From Opitutus sp. GAS368 (GTDB taxonomy: Bacteria > Verrucomicrobiota > Verrucomicrobiia > Opitutales > Opitutaceae), in contig CAMAVZ010000010.1 of NCBI GenBank assembly GCA_945861645.1, positions 1-57,089 of the forward strand: a DNA stretch of 57,089 nucleotides, given 5' to 3'. The notes beneath the pieces are model-generated. The model ran no database searches and was not told the origin of the DNA. It saw only the letters and a list, made by a program, of their open reading frames with translations. This document shows, piece by piece, positions 31,171-41,356 of the stretch; the stretch's first letter is position 1, and each line of letters opens with the position of its first letter. Both the position numbers and the translations under genes were made by a program.

Positions 31171-32519
31171 AAATTGTCTCTAGTAATATTTTTCGCCGGT
31201 GCGCGCGGAGCCGAGATTTTCCTCTGGGCGCTACTCAGGCGGCCGACCGACTCTACGCGCCTCAGGCCCAGCAGCGGGGCTTTGCGCTTATCATCACTCT
31301 CACGCTCCTCGCCTTGCTCGCGCTCACCGTTTTTGCGTTGAGTGCGCTGAATCGAGTCAACGCGCAGATTGCGACGATCGCGGGTTATCAAGTGCAGGCG
31401 CGGCAGAATGCCTTGCTCGGTCTTCACCTTGGCCTGGGCGAGTTACAACAGCAGGCGGGTGACGATGCGCGGCTGACGGGCATGGCTGGCCTAACCGGGA
31501 TCAGTGCGCTAGCGGCCAACAGCACGCGGCATTGGTGTGGTGTTTGGGAGCAGGGCACCGGTGCCTTTGTCGCATGGCTGGCGTCGGGGGCGCAAACAAC
31601 GAGCACCGCCGCGGTGCAAAGTGGGTTGAGCGTCGTTGTACTGATTGGCCCTAATACCGTGGGCGCGGCCGCTGCTAATTCGGAGCATAGCATTGCGGGT
31701 AAAATTCCGCTTTGGCGCACAGACACGGCCGCGGCCCCCGGCATCGCGACGCTTGTAGGGAATTATGCTTATCTGATCGTTGATGAAGGGGTGAAAATTT
31801 CGGCGCATGCGCCCGAGGCGCTGTTGCGCGTCGCTGGTCTTCGTCCGGTCCTCACCAGCACCGTCCCGACGAGTGCGGCCGGTAAACTAGCCGCCGCGCT
31901 CGCGGCTTATGCGGGGAAGTTGCCGAGTGTCATTTCTTATGAGCAATTGAGTCTACTGCCTACGCCGAATGCCGCGCTCACGCCTTCGGTGCTGCAGGAC
32001 AATTTTAACCACGTCACGCTGACTAATCGCACGCTCAGTGGCAGTGCTTATTTTTCAGGGAGTCTTAATCTCAATACCACTTCGACAATTTTTTGGCGCA
32101 GTGTGCTGGAGACTTACAATACCGCGCCGGGAGTCGTGCCGATTACTTCGAGTAACTTAACCGCGAAGGGCAATGCCCTCGGTAACGGCCTCGCGGCGAC
32201 CAACCTCGGTAAAATGGTGAATGGTCCATTTAGTAGCCCAGCCAATTTTAGTGCTTATCTCGCCAGCGTCTTTCCGCTGACCGGCTCACCAACTTATATT
32301 CAGATTATGGCAGTGCTGGGTCCGTTGCTGACGGTGCGTTCGGATACTTTTCGCCTTCGAGCGTACGGGGAAGCGGTTAATTCCATGGCCGCAGTGCCCG
32401 TCGAAGCCCGAGCTGTCTGTGAAGCCATCGTTCAGCGCACCCCGCTGGCCGCAAGTAATGGACTCGGGCGCAAATTTGTTCTGATCAATTTCCGGTGGCT
32501 CGGGCCGAACGATCTCTGA
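31167..32519 (+). CDS. GspK/PilX-like pseudopilin
   Basis: RG|FALIITL lacking Glu5 as in GspK/PilX; LNLNT and LTVRSDTF motifs; GTG start assumed. Confidence 0.75.
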   Translation: MKIVSSNIFRRCARSRDFPLGATQAADRLYAPQAQQRGFALIITLTLLALLALTVFALSALNRVNAQIATIAGYQVQARQNALLGLHLGLGELQQQAGDDARLTGMAGLTGISALAANSTRHWCGVWEQGTGAFVAWLASGAQTTSTAAVQSGLSVVVLIGPNTVGAAAANSEHSIAGKIPLWRTDTAAAPGIATLVGNYAYLIVDEGVKISAHAPEALLRVAGLRPVLTSTVPTSAAGKLAAALAAYAGKLPSVISYEQLSLLPTPNAALTPSVLQDNFNHVTLTNRTLSGSAYFSGSLNLNTTSTIFWRSVLETYNTAPGVVPITSSNLTAKGNALGNGLAATNLGKMVNGPFSSPANFSAYLASVFPLTGSPTYIQIMAVLGPLLTVRSDTFRLRAYGEAVNSMAAVPVEARAVCEAIVQRTPLAASNGLGRKFVLINFRWLGPNDL

Positions 32520-32543
32520 TCGCCCCAAGGTCGCATCGTAAAA

Positions 32544-33992
32544 TTAGGCCAGCAGATCGCTGACTACTTGGCCGAATACATCCGTCAGACGATAATAACG
32601 TCCCTGATGTTTATACGTGAGGGCCTTGTGATCGATGCCCATCTGATGGAGAATCGTCGCCTGGAGGTCGTGGACCGATACTGGCTTATCAATAATATTA
32701 TAACCGAAGTCATCAGTGGCGCCGTAATTTAAACCGGGCTTAACGCCGCCCCCAGCCATCCACATAGTGAAACAACGGGGGTGGTGATCGCGGCCGTAAT
32801 TATCAGCGGTTAACTTGCCTTGGGAATAATTAGTGCGGCCGAATTCACCGCCCCAGATCACGAGGGTATCATCCAATAGGCCGCGTTGCTTAAGATCGGT
32901 TATCAGGGCATAGCTGGCGCGATCCACATCCGCACATTGCCGGCGGATTCTTTTGGGGAGATCGCCGTGTTGATCCCAGCCGGGGTGATAGAGCTGGATG
33001 AAGCGCACATCGCGTTCCGCTAAGCGCCGCGCGAGCAGACAATTCGCGGCAAAGGTCCCCGGTTGCTTTGCCGATTCTCCGTAAAGCTCATAGGTGGCCG
33101 CTGATTCGTGCGCGGAGTCCATCACCTCCGGCACGCTCGTTTGCATGCGGTAGGCCATTTCATATTGGTCGATGCGCGAACTGATCTCCGGATCGCCGAG
33201 TTCCGCTGCTTGGCGGGTATGCAACTCCGCCAGACGATCGAGGAATTGTCGCCGACTCGTCGCGGAAATTCCGGCGGGATTTTTCAGAAAGAGAACGGGA
33301 TCACTCCCGCCGCGGAATTGCACGCCTTGGTGAATGCTCGGCAGAAAGCCGTTGCCCCACAAACGGGAATACAGCGGTTGATCGATGCGATCTTTTGAGA
33401 TCAGCACGACAAAGCCCGGGAGGTTTTCATTGACGCTGCCAAGACCGTACGAGAGCCAAGAGCCCATGGAGGGGCGCCCGGGTAATTGATGGCCGGTCTG
33501 GAAAAACGTAATCGCGGGGTCGTGATTGATATGCTCGGTGTGCATCGAGCGAATAAAGCACAAGTCATCCGCCATTTTGGCCGTGTTGGGGAGAAGGTCA
33601 CTGATCCAAGCGCGACTTTGCCCATGCTGCGCAAAGGAGAACAGCGAACCGGCTAGAGGATAATGGGCTTGATGAGCGGACATGCCCGTCAAGCGCTGCC
33701 CGCCGCGAATGCTGTCGGGAAGATCTTCGCCGTTACGCGCTTTGAGGAGGGGTTTATAATCGAAGAGATCGTGCTGGGACGGCCCCCCCGCCATAAAAAG
33801 ATAGATAATCCGCTTAGCTTTTGGAGCAAAATGCGGACGACCAAGAATACCACGGGCTGGCTCGACGGTAACCGAAGCGCCCAATGCAGATTTTTGCAGC
33901 AAGTTGGTGAGCGCCACTCCCCCCAAGCCGAGCGCAAAGCGGCCAAAGAAATCTCGCCGCGACAGGCCAAAGTTAAGTTGATTGCAAAACAT
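32544..33992 (-). CDS. DUF1501 family (sulfatase-like) Tat-exported protein
   Basis: SRRDFF twin-arginine motif; AKRIIYLFMAGGPSQ, WGGEFGRT, GRDHHP, HDLQAT. Confidence 0.9.
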   Translation of the reverse strand: MFCNQLNFGLSRRDFFGRFALGLGGVALTNLLQKSALGASVTVEPARGILGRPHFAPKAKRIIYLFMAGGPSQHDLFDYKPLLKARNGEDLPDSIRGGQRLTGMSAHQAHYPLAGSLFSFAQHGQSRAWISDLLPNTAKMADDLCFIRSMHTEHINHDPAITFFQTGHQLPGRPSMGSWLSYGLGSVNENLPGFVVLISKDRIDQPLYSRLWGNGFLPSIHQGVQFRGGSDPVLFLKNPAGISATSRRQFLDRLAELHTRQAAELGDPEISSRIDQYEMAYRMQTSVPEVMDSAHESAATYELYGESAKQPGTFAANCLLARRLAERDVRFIQLYHPGWDQHGDLPKRIRRQCADVDRASYALITDLKQRGLLDDTLVIWGGEFGRTNYSQGKLTADNYGRDHHPRCFTMWMAGGGVKPGLNYGATDDFGYNIIDKPVSVHDLQATILHQMGIDHKALTYKHQGRYYRLTDVFGQVVSDLLA

Positions 33993-34013
33993 AGTGGGGC
34001 AGAGGATGGCAGC

Positions 34014-37000
34014 TTAACGCCGCATCAGCGTTTCGTCAAAGTTAAGTAAAGCTTGGGCGACGATCGCCCAGGCGGCCCGATCAACGGCCGGCAGGGCGAC
34101 ATCAGTTATGGCTTCACCCGATTGGTTGAATTCCTTCGTGGCTTTTTCGTCGGCTTGAAAAAGCGCGCGTTGTGATTCGTAGAGCTCATGCAGAATGGTC
34201 AGCTCTTCTTTTGCGGCGGTGCGTCCCGTCACCAGACGAAAACCCCATGCGAGGCGGTCATTGAGGCTAGCGCCGCCTTCCCGGAGCATACGTTGCCCGA
34301 TGAAGCGCGCTGCTTCGATGAATTGGACATCATTGAGTAGGGCGAGGGCTTGCAGCGGTGTGCTGGTGTTTTGCCGGAGCACAGTGCACGTATTGCGCTC
34401 CGCCGCATCAAACATGAGCATCGTTGGGGGTGGCACGGTACGTTTCCAGAAAGTGTACAGACTTCGGCGATGAAGATCGTCTTGCGTGCCTTGTTCATAT
34501 TTTGGTTGTCCCATTCCAATTTCTTCCCACAAGCCCGGTGGTTGGTAAGGCAGCACGCTGGGTCCGCCGATTTTTTCAACGAGCAGGCCACTGGCGGCGA
34601 GCGCTTGGTCGCGCATCATTTCAGCGGTTAAGCGACGAGCTGGGCCGCGGGCTAAAGCTAAATTGGCGGGATCAAGCGCGCGCTGGGCGGGGGTGGACTG
34701 GGAAGATTGTCGATAAGTAGCTGAGAGCGCAATTTGGCGCAGCGTACGTTTTACGTCCCAGCGATGTTGGACAAAATCTTGCGCGAGCCAGTCGAGCAAT
34801 TCGGGGTGCGTGGGCGGCGTTCCCTGCAGGCCGAAATTATCCGAAGTGCCAACGATTCCAGTGCCAAACATCATTTGCCAAATGCGATTAACCGTCACGC
34901 GAGCGAGCAGGGGATTCGCGGGGGTCGTCAACCATTGGGCAAGACCAAGTCGATTGCGTGACGCTTGTGCGAGGAAAGGGGGCAGCGAGCGGGGCGTGTC
35001 GGCCGTGACCACATCGCCAGGGCTATCATACGCGCCGCGGATTAAAATATGAGCCGGCCTGGGTTGGGGAAGCTCATGCATCACCATGGCTTCAGGAACG
35101 GGCGTAATCAGGGCATTTTGCTCTTCGCGGACCGCGCGCAATGCTTGGGTGGCGGTTCGGCTAGGCGCATCAATTAGGGATATAAAATAATCAAACAAAC
35201 CCGCGCGTTGGGCGACCGTGAGTTTCTTGGCTGATTGCGTCCACGCTTGGTCGAAGTCGGATCGACCGGCGAGTTGCGCGACTTCCAAGGCCGTCAGATC
35301 ACGTGCAAAAATTGCGAGATCGCTGACCTTGCCGCCCTTAAAGCCAGCGTCACGAAAACGATAGCCGAGCGTCAAATCGGGTTCAGATTTTTCGTAAGTA
35401 ATATCTTTGAAGAGCCCGTCGCGGATGATTTCGCTGGGTACCAGCGTGCCGTTGAGCCAGATCTGGGTCCCGGTAGCGCGGCTGGAGCCATCATACGTAA
35501 CCGTGAGGTGCGTCCAAGCATCGGTTGGTAGAACGGCTTTGCTGATAATTTTTAGCGAAGCGCCGGGCCAAAGATAATGCAGGCCAAAAGCCACGCGGCC
35601 GTTTTCCAAGAGAATTTCGTAACCGCGGCTACCGGCATCTGCGGGCGCTTTCGAGTGATGCAACACAACCATTCGAGTGGTGGTGATGCTGGCGGGTGGA
35701 GGTTGGAGCCAAATCGATAAAGTGAATGCATCCGTACGCTTAAAGGTAATTAAACCCGGAAAAGTTAAGCCATTTTCTCCATCGAGTTCGAGCACGGGAC
35801 CCCGTGGGCTCGGAATAATTTTGGGCGTCTCGAATACCTTCCCTGGTTTAGTCGGATCGACTGAATTCGCGACGTGCCCCTCGGTAAGGGCGGTCAACGG
35901 ATAGGCGGCGACTAATCCAGTTAGCTGGGCAGGCGCCGCTGGTAGTTTTTCGGTGAGCCAGCGGCGGAAGGCGCGTTCGGCGCCACGGTGGGTCTTAGCT
36001 AAGACTCCTTCCGCCTCAGCGGTTTTTTTGCGCAGGACTTCGAGTTGGCGAAATTGTTCATCGGTGGTTAGCAGCAAACTTGGCAGCGGCATCGTATCGG
36101 CAAAGCCCTTAAAGGATATCTGGCCCGATTCATCGATGTTTTGGAAAAAAGCGAAGAGGGAATAATAATCACGCTGGGTGATGGGGTCGAACTTGTGATC
36201 ATGGCAGCGGGCGCAATCTAACGTGAGTCCGAGGAAGGCGGTGCCGAAGGTTGCGACGCGATCGGCCACGTAAGCGACGCGGTACTCTTCTTCTACGATG
36301 CCGCCTTCTTCGTTTTGATTATGGAGACGGTTAAAAGCGGTCGCGAGATGTTGGTCCTGAGTCGCGTTGGGCAGCAAATCGCCGGCGAGTTGCCACGTGG
36401 CAAATTGGTCAAAGGGGAGATTTTGATTGAACGATTTAATCACCCAGTCGCGGTAGGCCCACATTGCTCGCGTACGATCCATTTGGTAGCCGTGGGTATC
36501 GGCGTAACGTGCAATATCGAGCCAGTCGCTCGCCATGCGTTCTCCGTAGCGGGGCGAGGCAAGGAGGCGATCGACGACACGCTCGTAAGCGCCGGGTTGA
36601 GAGTCTGCAATGAACGTATCGGCTTCAGCCGGAGTGGGGGGCAGGCCCGTGAGGTCGAGCGTGACTCGGCGAATGAGTTGCGCCCGGTCTGCTTCAGGGG
36701 CCGAGGTTAATTGCGCTGCCGGCAGTTGGGCTTGCACGAAAGTGTCGATTGGGGAAATTATATTCGGTGATTTCTGTGGCGGAGTAGCGGCGGCGATGGG
36801 GTCAAAAGCCCAATGCGCGGACCACGAGGCGCCCTCGGCCACCCAACGACGCAGGAGGGCGATTTCAGTTGGCTTTAATTGACGACCAGCCGTGGGCGGG
36901 GGCATGACCTCTTCGTCATCAGCGCTGCTCGTTCTGCTGACCAATTCACTTTCGGCCGGGTCGCTAGGGGTCACCACCGTTACCGATTTTTGGGTGCGAA

Positions 37001-37223
37001 AAAGACCATCCTTAGTATCGAGCCGCAGTTTGGCTTTGCGCCCGCGTTCATCCGGACCGTGGCAGCGATAACACGCATCAGAGAGAATCGGCAGGATGTC
37101 CTGGCGAAAATTAACCGGAGCCGGCGACCCCGCTTCAGCGGCGCCAGCGATGTGAGCGTAGGTTAGACAGGACCATGCCAAGAGGCCCGCCAAGCGCATC
37201 GCTGAAAAAATAGACTGGGGCAT
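34014..37223 (-). CDS. PSD1/planctomycete cytochrome c domain protein (DUF1549-DUF1553) with LamG-like insert
   Basis: CYRCH and CARCH heme motifs, WLDIARYADT, PTHPELLDWLA, TPLQALALLN; central LamG-like segment. Confidence 0.9.
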   Translation of the reverse strand: MPQSIFSAMRLAGLLAWSCLTYAHIAGAAEAGSPAPVNFRQDILPILSDACYRCHGPDERGRKAKLRLDTKDGLFRTQKSVTVVTPSDPAESELVSRTSSADDEEVMPPPTAGRQLKPTEIALLRRWVAEGASWSAHWAFDPIAAATPPQKSPNIISPIDTFVQAQLPAAQLTSAPEADRAQLIRRVTLDLTGLPPTPAEADTFIADSQPGAYERVVDRLLASPRYGERMASDWLDIARYADTHGYQMDRTRAMWAYRDWVIKSFNQNLPFDQFATWQLAGDLLPNATQDQHLATAFNRLHNQNEEGGIVEEEYRVAYVADRVATFGTAFLGLTLDCARCHDHKFDPITQRDYYSLFAFFQNIDESGQISFKGFADTMPLPSLLLTTDEQFRQLEVLRKKTAEAEGVLAKTHRGAERAFRRWLTEKLPAAPAQLTGLVAAYPLTALTEGHVANSVDPTKPGKVFETPKIIPSPRGPVLELDGENGLTFPGLITFKRTDAFTLSIWLQPPPASITTTRMVVLHHSKAPADAGSRGYEILLENGRVAFGLHYLWPGASLKIISKAVLPTDAWTHLTVTYDGSSRATGTQIWLNGTLVPSEIIRDGLFKDITYEKSEPDLTLGYRFRDAGFKGGKVSDLAIFARDLTALEVAQLAGRSDFDQAWTQSAKKLTVAQRAGLFDYFISLIDAPSRTATQALRAVREEQNALITPVPEAMVMHELPQPRPAHILIRGAYDSPGDVVTADTPRSLPPFLAQASRNRLGLAQWLTTPANPLLARVTVNRIWQMMFGTGIVGTSDNFGLQGTPPTHPELLDWLAQDFVQHRWDVKRTLRQIALSATYRQSSQSTPAQRALDPANLALARGPARRLTAEMMRDQALAASGLLVEKIGGPSVLPYQPPGLWEEIGMGQPKYEQGTQDDLHRRSLYTFWKRTVPPPTMLMFDAAERNTCTVLRQNTSTPLQALALLNDVQFIEAARFIGQRMLREGGASLNDRLAWGFRLVTGRTAAKEELTILHELYESQRALFQADEKATKEFNQSGEAITDVALPAVDRAAWAIVAQALLNFDETLMRR

Positions 37224-37312
37224 ACAGACAATGAGGGAAGTTTTATGGAAAAAATAACTAATCAGACCCCGCTAAATAACCTCAGCGTAGGGGCTGAGAT
37301 CAAGGCGCGAAT

Positions 37313-38449
37313 TTATGGGCCGTCGAGGGTGTTCCAAAAGATCATCAGATTTTTTGTCTGACGTCCGGCCACAATGAGGTCGGGTTTGCCGTCAGCGTTG
37401 AGGTCAGCTACCTTGAGGTCCTCAACGGCAATTTCTTTAGTTGCAACTATACTGACGCGCCAATTTTCCCCGGCTTCGTCGAGTGGGGTGAGCAACCGAA
37501 TGCCGGGATCAGTGGTGCGCCACCCAACCACAAACTGGTCAGAGCCTACGCCTAGAAAATCAGCGGTGGCGACGGCGTGGCCTTCTTTGCAACCGGACAG
37601 CACTAATTTTCGCTGCCACGCACCGAGCTCATCCCGAGTGTAGACGGCGGCCATGCTGCCGTGAAACGGCTCGACTGTCGCAATAAAATCTCCCTGAGCC
37701 AGACGTCCGGCGCGCAATTCGCCGGTCGCGTACTGGGTAATTTGCGTGGAACGCCAAGAGCCGTCTTGGTATTCATTAAGCCAGATGCCCTCTTGGGCTC
37801 CGGAGATAATGTGCGGCCCCGCAGTCTTTCGCCAGCGAACGGGGTCGAAATTGTGGGTGAAATGCCCGGTATCATTTACCACCGCGGTTAGCCAAGGGTC
37901 CCGCGGGTTGAAGGGCTTTTGATAGGCTAGTAATTTCGCGCCGCGGCCGACCCCGGCTTGATTCCCTTTCCCGTGGAGGGGTTGCACGAGAAGATCCCAG
38001 CGCGTTTGATTTACCTGCACCCATTGCATGCGATGGATCGTCGGTTCATGGGGAAGTCGGATGGCTGCCCATCGCTGGGTGCGATCAGGTGGCGCCAGCA
38101 TATAAAAAACCGCTCCACTGCTTGTTGTATCGCTGGGATTCCAGCCGGCGCCCACGGCAAGTTCACACTTCCCATCGCCATCGATATCGCGAGCGGCGAG
38201 GCAAACATTGTCTTCTGGCGTGAGATGTTCGGCGATGACATGTTTTTGCCAGGTCGGATTCTGGTACCATTGAATCGTGGTTTTATCCGCTAGCAGAATA
38301 TCAAGGCGCCCGTCGCCATCAACGTCGGCAATGGCGAGTCCATAGCCCAAGGTTATTTTAGCTATTTCTTGCGCTTGGAACTTGGGCTCAGGGGGAGCCG
38401 CAAAAGAGCAAGCCGCCGCTAGGGCGAGGGGAAGCGCCATTGGTTTCAT
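37313..38449 (-). CDS. FG-GAP/VCBS repeat beta-propeller protein, exported
   Basis: ADVDGDGRLDI, DIDGDGKCEL, ADLNADGKPDL repeats; signal peptide after ATG 38449. Confidence 0.82.
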   Translation of the reverse strand: MKPMALPLALAAACSFAAPPEPKFQAQEIAKITLGYGLAIADVDGDGRLDILLADKTTIQWYQNPTWQKHVIAEHLTPEDNVCLAARDIDGDGKCELAVGAGWNPSDTTSSGAVFYMLAPPDRTQRWAAIRLPHEPTIHRMQWVQVNQTRWDLLVQPLHGKGNQAGVGRGAKLLAYQKPFNPRDPWLTAVVNDTGHFTHNFDPVRWRKTAGPHIISGAQEGIWLNEYQDGSWRSTQITQYATGELRAGRLAQGDFIATVEPFHGSMAAVYTRDELGAWQRKLVLSGCKEGHAVATADFLGVGSDQFVVGWRTTDPGIRLLTPLDEAGENWRVSIVATKEIAVEDLKVADLNADGKPDLIVAGRQTKNLMIFWNTLDGP

Positions 38450-38592
38450 GCGATTAAGTTTAGTGGTGCTGGGGCGGATGTCCATCGCGCACACGTGGGC
38501 TGCAGTGGAATTGGGCCGGGAGCGGCGGCTGGAGGCGGCTGCTGCTGCAGCTTTAGACTTTCCGGTGGCACTCACGCCGTTTATAAAAAATC

Positions 38593-39282
38593 ATGCATTT
38601 TATTTTTACCCTCATCTTTTTCGCGATTGGTCTACCGGCCACGGTCGCCTCGCCGCTGGCTGACATCGTGCAAGCGCTCGAGGTGGATTGGCCAAACAAC
38701 AAGACCATTCATTTCGTATGTCATGGGCACAGCGTGCCCGCCGGTTATTTCAAAACGCCGGTGGTTAATTCCGCCCAATCCTATCCCGCTCTCTGGCAAA
38801 CGGGTTTACGGCGGCAGTTTCCTCACGCGGTGTTGAATGTCATTGTCACTGCGATTGGTGGGGAAGATTCCATCGCGGGTGCCGCTCGATTTGAGCGCGA
38901 TGTGTTAGCGCTGCGGCCTGCGGTGGTGACGATTGACTACGCCCTAAACGATCGCGGGGCGGGCTTGGTGAAGGCCAAGGCTGCCTGGGTGCAAATGATT
39001 ATGGCCGCTAAGGCGGCGGGGATTCGCGTTATTCTGCTAACGCCGACTCCCGATCAGCGGGTCAATATTGATGATCCGCAAAATTCATTGAATTTACATG
39101 CTGAGCAGGTGCGTATGTTAGCCAAGGAGCACGAAGTCTGGCTGATTGATAGCCTCGCCCTGTTTAAAGCCCAACTAAAGGCAGGAGTGCCGCTGCCGGA
39201 TCTGATGTCGCAGGTAAATCATCCCAATGGAGCTGGGCATGCGCTGATCGCGGAAGCTCTGCTTGGGTTATTTCGCCGATAA
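38593..39282 (+). CDS. SGNH/GDSL hydrolase, exported
   Basis: GHSV block I, IGGEDS, DYALND, NHPN..GH; signal peptide. Confidence 0.85.
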   Translation: MHFIFTLIFFAIGLPATVASPLADIVQALEVDWPNNKTIHFVCHGHSVPAGYFKTPVVNSAQSYPALWQTGLRRQFPHAVLNVIVTAIGGEDSIAGAARFERDVLALRPAVVTIDYALNDRGAGLVKAKAAWVQMIMAAKAAGIRVILLTPTPDQRVNIDDPQNSLNLHAEQVRMLAKEHEVWLIDSLALFKAQLKAGVPLPDLMSQVNHPNGAGHALIAEALLGLFRR

Positions 39283-39362
39283 TCACCCCTGAACTAGGCT
39301 GCAAAGGGTGAGGCGGAAGAAAGGTCGCCCGCCGTCATGTGTACGCTGGGGCTTGTAAAAAA

Positions 39363-39438
<76 letters not shown>

Positions 39439-39533
39439 AAAGGGAATACTATCAATGACTTGTGGATTTAAAGAATCTTGTCTTCTACACATGTTTTTTA
39501 CGCCTCAGCTCAATTTAGAGATAAAGAGAAAAC

Positions 39534-39641
39534 ATGCGCAGCGAGACAAAATGGGAAAGAACACAAGTCCAAGCACTGCTTCACAAGGGAAGCAGTGGTA
39601 GTTACTACGGAAGATGGAAACTAGGCGGCAAGCAAAAATGA
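39534..39641 (+). pseudogene. truncated N-terminus of a tyrosine integrase-like gene
   Basis: MRSETKWERTQVQALLHKGSSGSYYGRWKLGGKQK* resembles the arm-binding start of PVC-group integrases (W..T....L....SG.YY.R...GGKQ.W); AT-rich context next to tRNA. Confidence 0.5.
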
Positions 39642-39896
39642 CTGAGAGGAAATTGGATTGGCATGGGGGAGGGGTGTATTGATCGAGCCTGAGTTTACGG
39701 CGGCAAACCGGCGCGCGGGAATAATCTGAAAATGTCCGCGATAAGATCGTGATCGCTTGGCGCTATTTTATGATGGGGCGGTCGGCACCAGCATCGATCA
39801 CATGCAGCGTAAAATCGGTCTCGCTGGGTTAAAACTTCCGCTCGTCGCTCCGGCTCTCACCGTTACTCCGTAAATTTAACCAGCGCGGCGCTGATC

Positions 39897-41195
39897 TTAG
39901 CTAAGTGAGTCTTGCAAAGGGTGAGGCGACGTAAGGGGCCGCAGTCGGCGTTCTCTCCGGGGGTCGATTTCTTCCAGCTCAGGCTCTGGGATGCAGGTAA
40001 AGGAGATGCGCATGGGCGCGGCGGCTTGGACTCCATGGGCGCCGCCGAAATAAACTGAACCGTGGCCAAAGGTTTGGTTCAAGGTGTCCATCGCCTGATG
40101 CAATTGCGCCCGGGCCGTATCGCGGGCTTGATGGAAAAGATCCGGCGTGTGTGCACTCCAGGGCAAGAGACGCGTGAGAATCAGGCCTACCCGGAAAGGC
40201 GCACGGCCTCGCAACGCGACTGGGCGGCGGGCCCAGAGCTGGTTGAGCGCCTGCGTTAATTGCAGCGTATCCTGCGTTTCCGTGCAACGCAGCTCATCGC
40301 TCCAGCTGACCTCATCGTAATAATCGAGGCTCAGGCTTAACGCGCCGGCGTAGTGTCCGCTCTGGCGCAGACGCATCGCCGCTTTTTGCAACAGTCGGTG
40401 CAGCACCGCGTGCGCTCGGGGGACGGTGCGCAATGTGGGGGGCAGAACGTGGGAATGGCCGATCGTTTGTTTTTTGGGCGGTGGCAGCGGGATCGCCGCA
40501 CCGCGGAGGCGGGCGTGCATGCGCTCGCCCTCGATGCCGCCCCAGATGCCGCGCAGCAGAGCGGGCGAGGCGGCATAAAATTGCTCGGCCGTATCGATGC
40601 CATGCGCGCGAAGACGAGCTTCCATGGCGGCGCCAACACCGAGAAAATCTTGGAGTTTTAGCCCGAGCAATTTTTTCGGCAGATCGTCGTCGTCGATGAC
40701 GACTAAGCCATCCGGCTTTTGCAAATCAGTCGCGAGCTTGGCCAACAGCCAATTCGGCGCGATGCCAATGGAACTGGTGAGGCACGGGCCGATTTCCTGG
40801 CCAATCCGAGTTTTAATTTCTCGGGCAACGCTCAGGGCTTTTTCCCGGGGGGCAAAGGTGGCGGTGAGGTCGCACTCCACTTCATCGATCGAGCGCACGC
40901 TGGTAATATGAAGGCACGACTCGATGATGGCGCGCAATTGACGCGAATAATCAATGTAGAGGCTGGGGCGTTGTGCGATCAGGCGAATTTCGGGACACAG
41001 TTGACGGGCTTCGGCGATGCGCGTGCCGGTGCGCACGCCGCAGGCCTTAGCGAGGTAGTTGGCGGCAATGCAGGAGGTGGTCTCCGCCAGCACGGGCACG
41101 ATCGCGACGGGGTGTCCTCTTAATTCTGGACGATCTTGCTGTTCGCAAGAGGCAAAGAAGGCATTGAAATCGACGGCGAGACTCCGGAGGGGCAT
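39897..41195 (-). CDS. Y-family DNA polymerase (DinB/Pol IV-like)
   Basis: VDFNAFFASCEQ, IAANY.AK..GV, SIDE, SIGIAPN.LLAKLA, KPDG; catalytic acidic residues retained. Confidence 0.9.
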   Translation of the reverse strand: MPLRSLAVDFNAFFASCEQQDRPELRGHPVAIVPVLAETTSCIAANYLAKACGVRTGTRIAEARQLCPEIRLIAQRPSLYIDYSRQLRAIIESCLHITSVRSIDEVECDLTATFAPREKALSVAREIKTRIGQEIGPCLTSSIGIAPNWLLAKLATDLQKPDGLVVIDDDDLPKKLLGLKLQDFLGVGAAMEARLRAHGIDTAEQFYAASPALLRGIWGGIEGERMHARLRGAAIPLPPPKKQTIGHSHVLPPTLRTVPRAHAVLHRLLQKAAMRLRQSGHYAGALSLSLDYYDEVSWSDELRCTETQDTLQLTQALNQLWARRPVALRGRAPFRVGLILTRLLPWSAHTPDLFHQARDTARAQLHQAMDTLNQTFGHGSVYFGGAHGVQAAAPMRISFTCIPEPELEEIDPRRERRLRPLTSPHPLQDSLS

Positions 41196-41228
41196 GCGCG
41201 CAAAGTTTGGCCCAGACCTCGTTCCGTC

Positions 41229-41257
41229 AAAAAAAGAAAGGGGCGCTTTCCTTTCTT
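41229..41257 (-). terminator. possible intrinsic terminator downstream of coaD
   Basis: minus strand AAGAAAGG-N8-CCTTTCTT followed by T-run; AU-rich, weak stem. Confidence 0.35.
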
Positions 41258-41356
41258 CGCGTTGCTGAGGCGCTTGCCCCTTAAATTATTTTTTTGCTAA
41301 CAACTTGACTCGGCGCGGAGCGCCGCGGGTCGGGTTTTTACCCGCTGAGTCGCCCC

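Noticed and set aside
32520-39362. Genomic island integrated at the tRNA 3' end
   Set aside because: I saw no duplicated tRNA 3' fragment at the far boundary and no integrase on that side
39650-39890. Possible gene fragment between the integrase relic and the Y-family polymerase
   Set aside because: Only short frames with no recognisable similarity; cannot be supported
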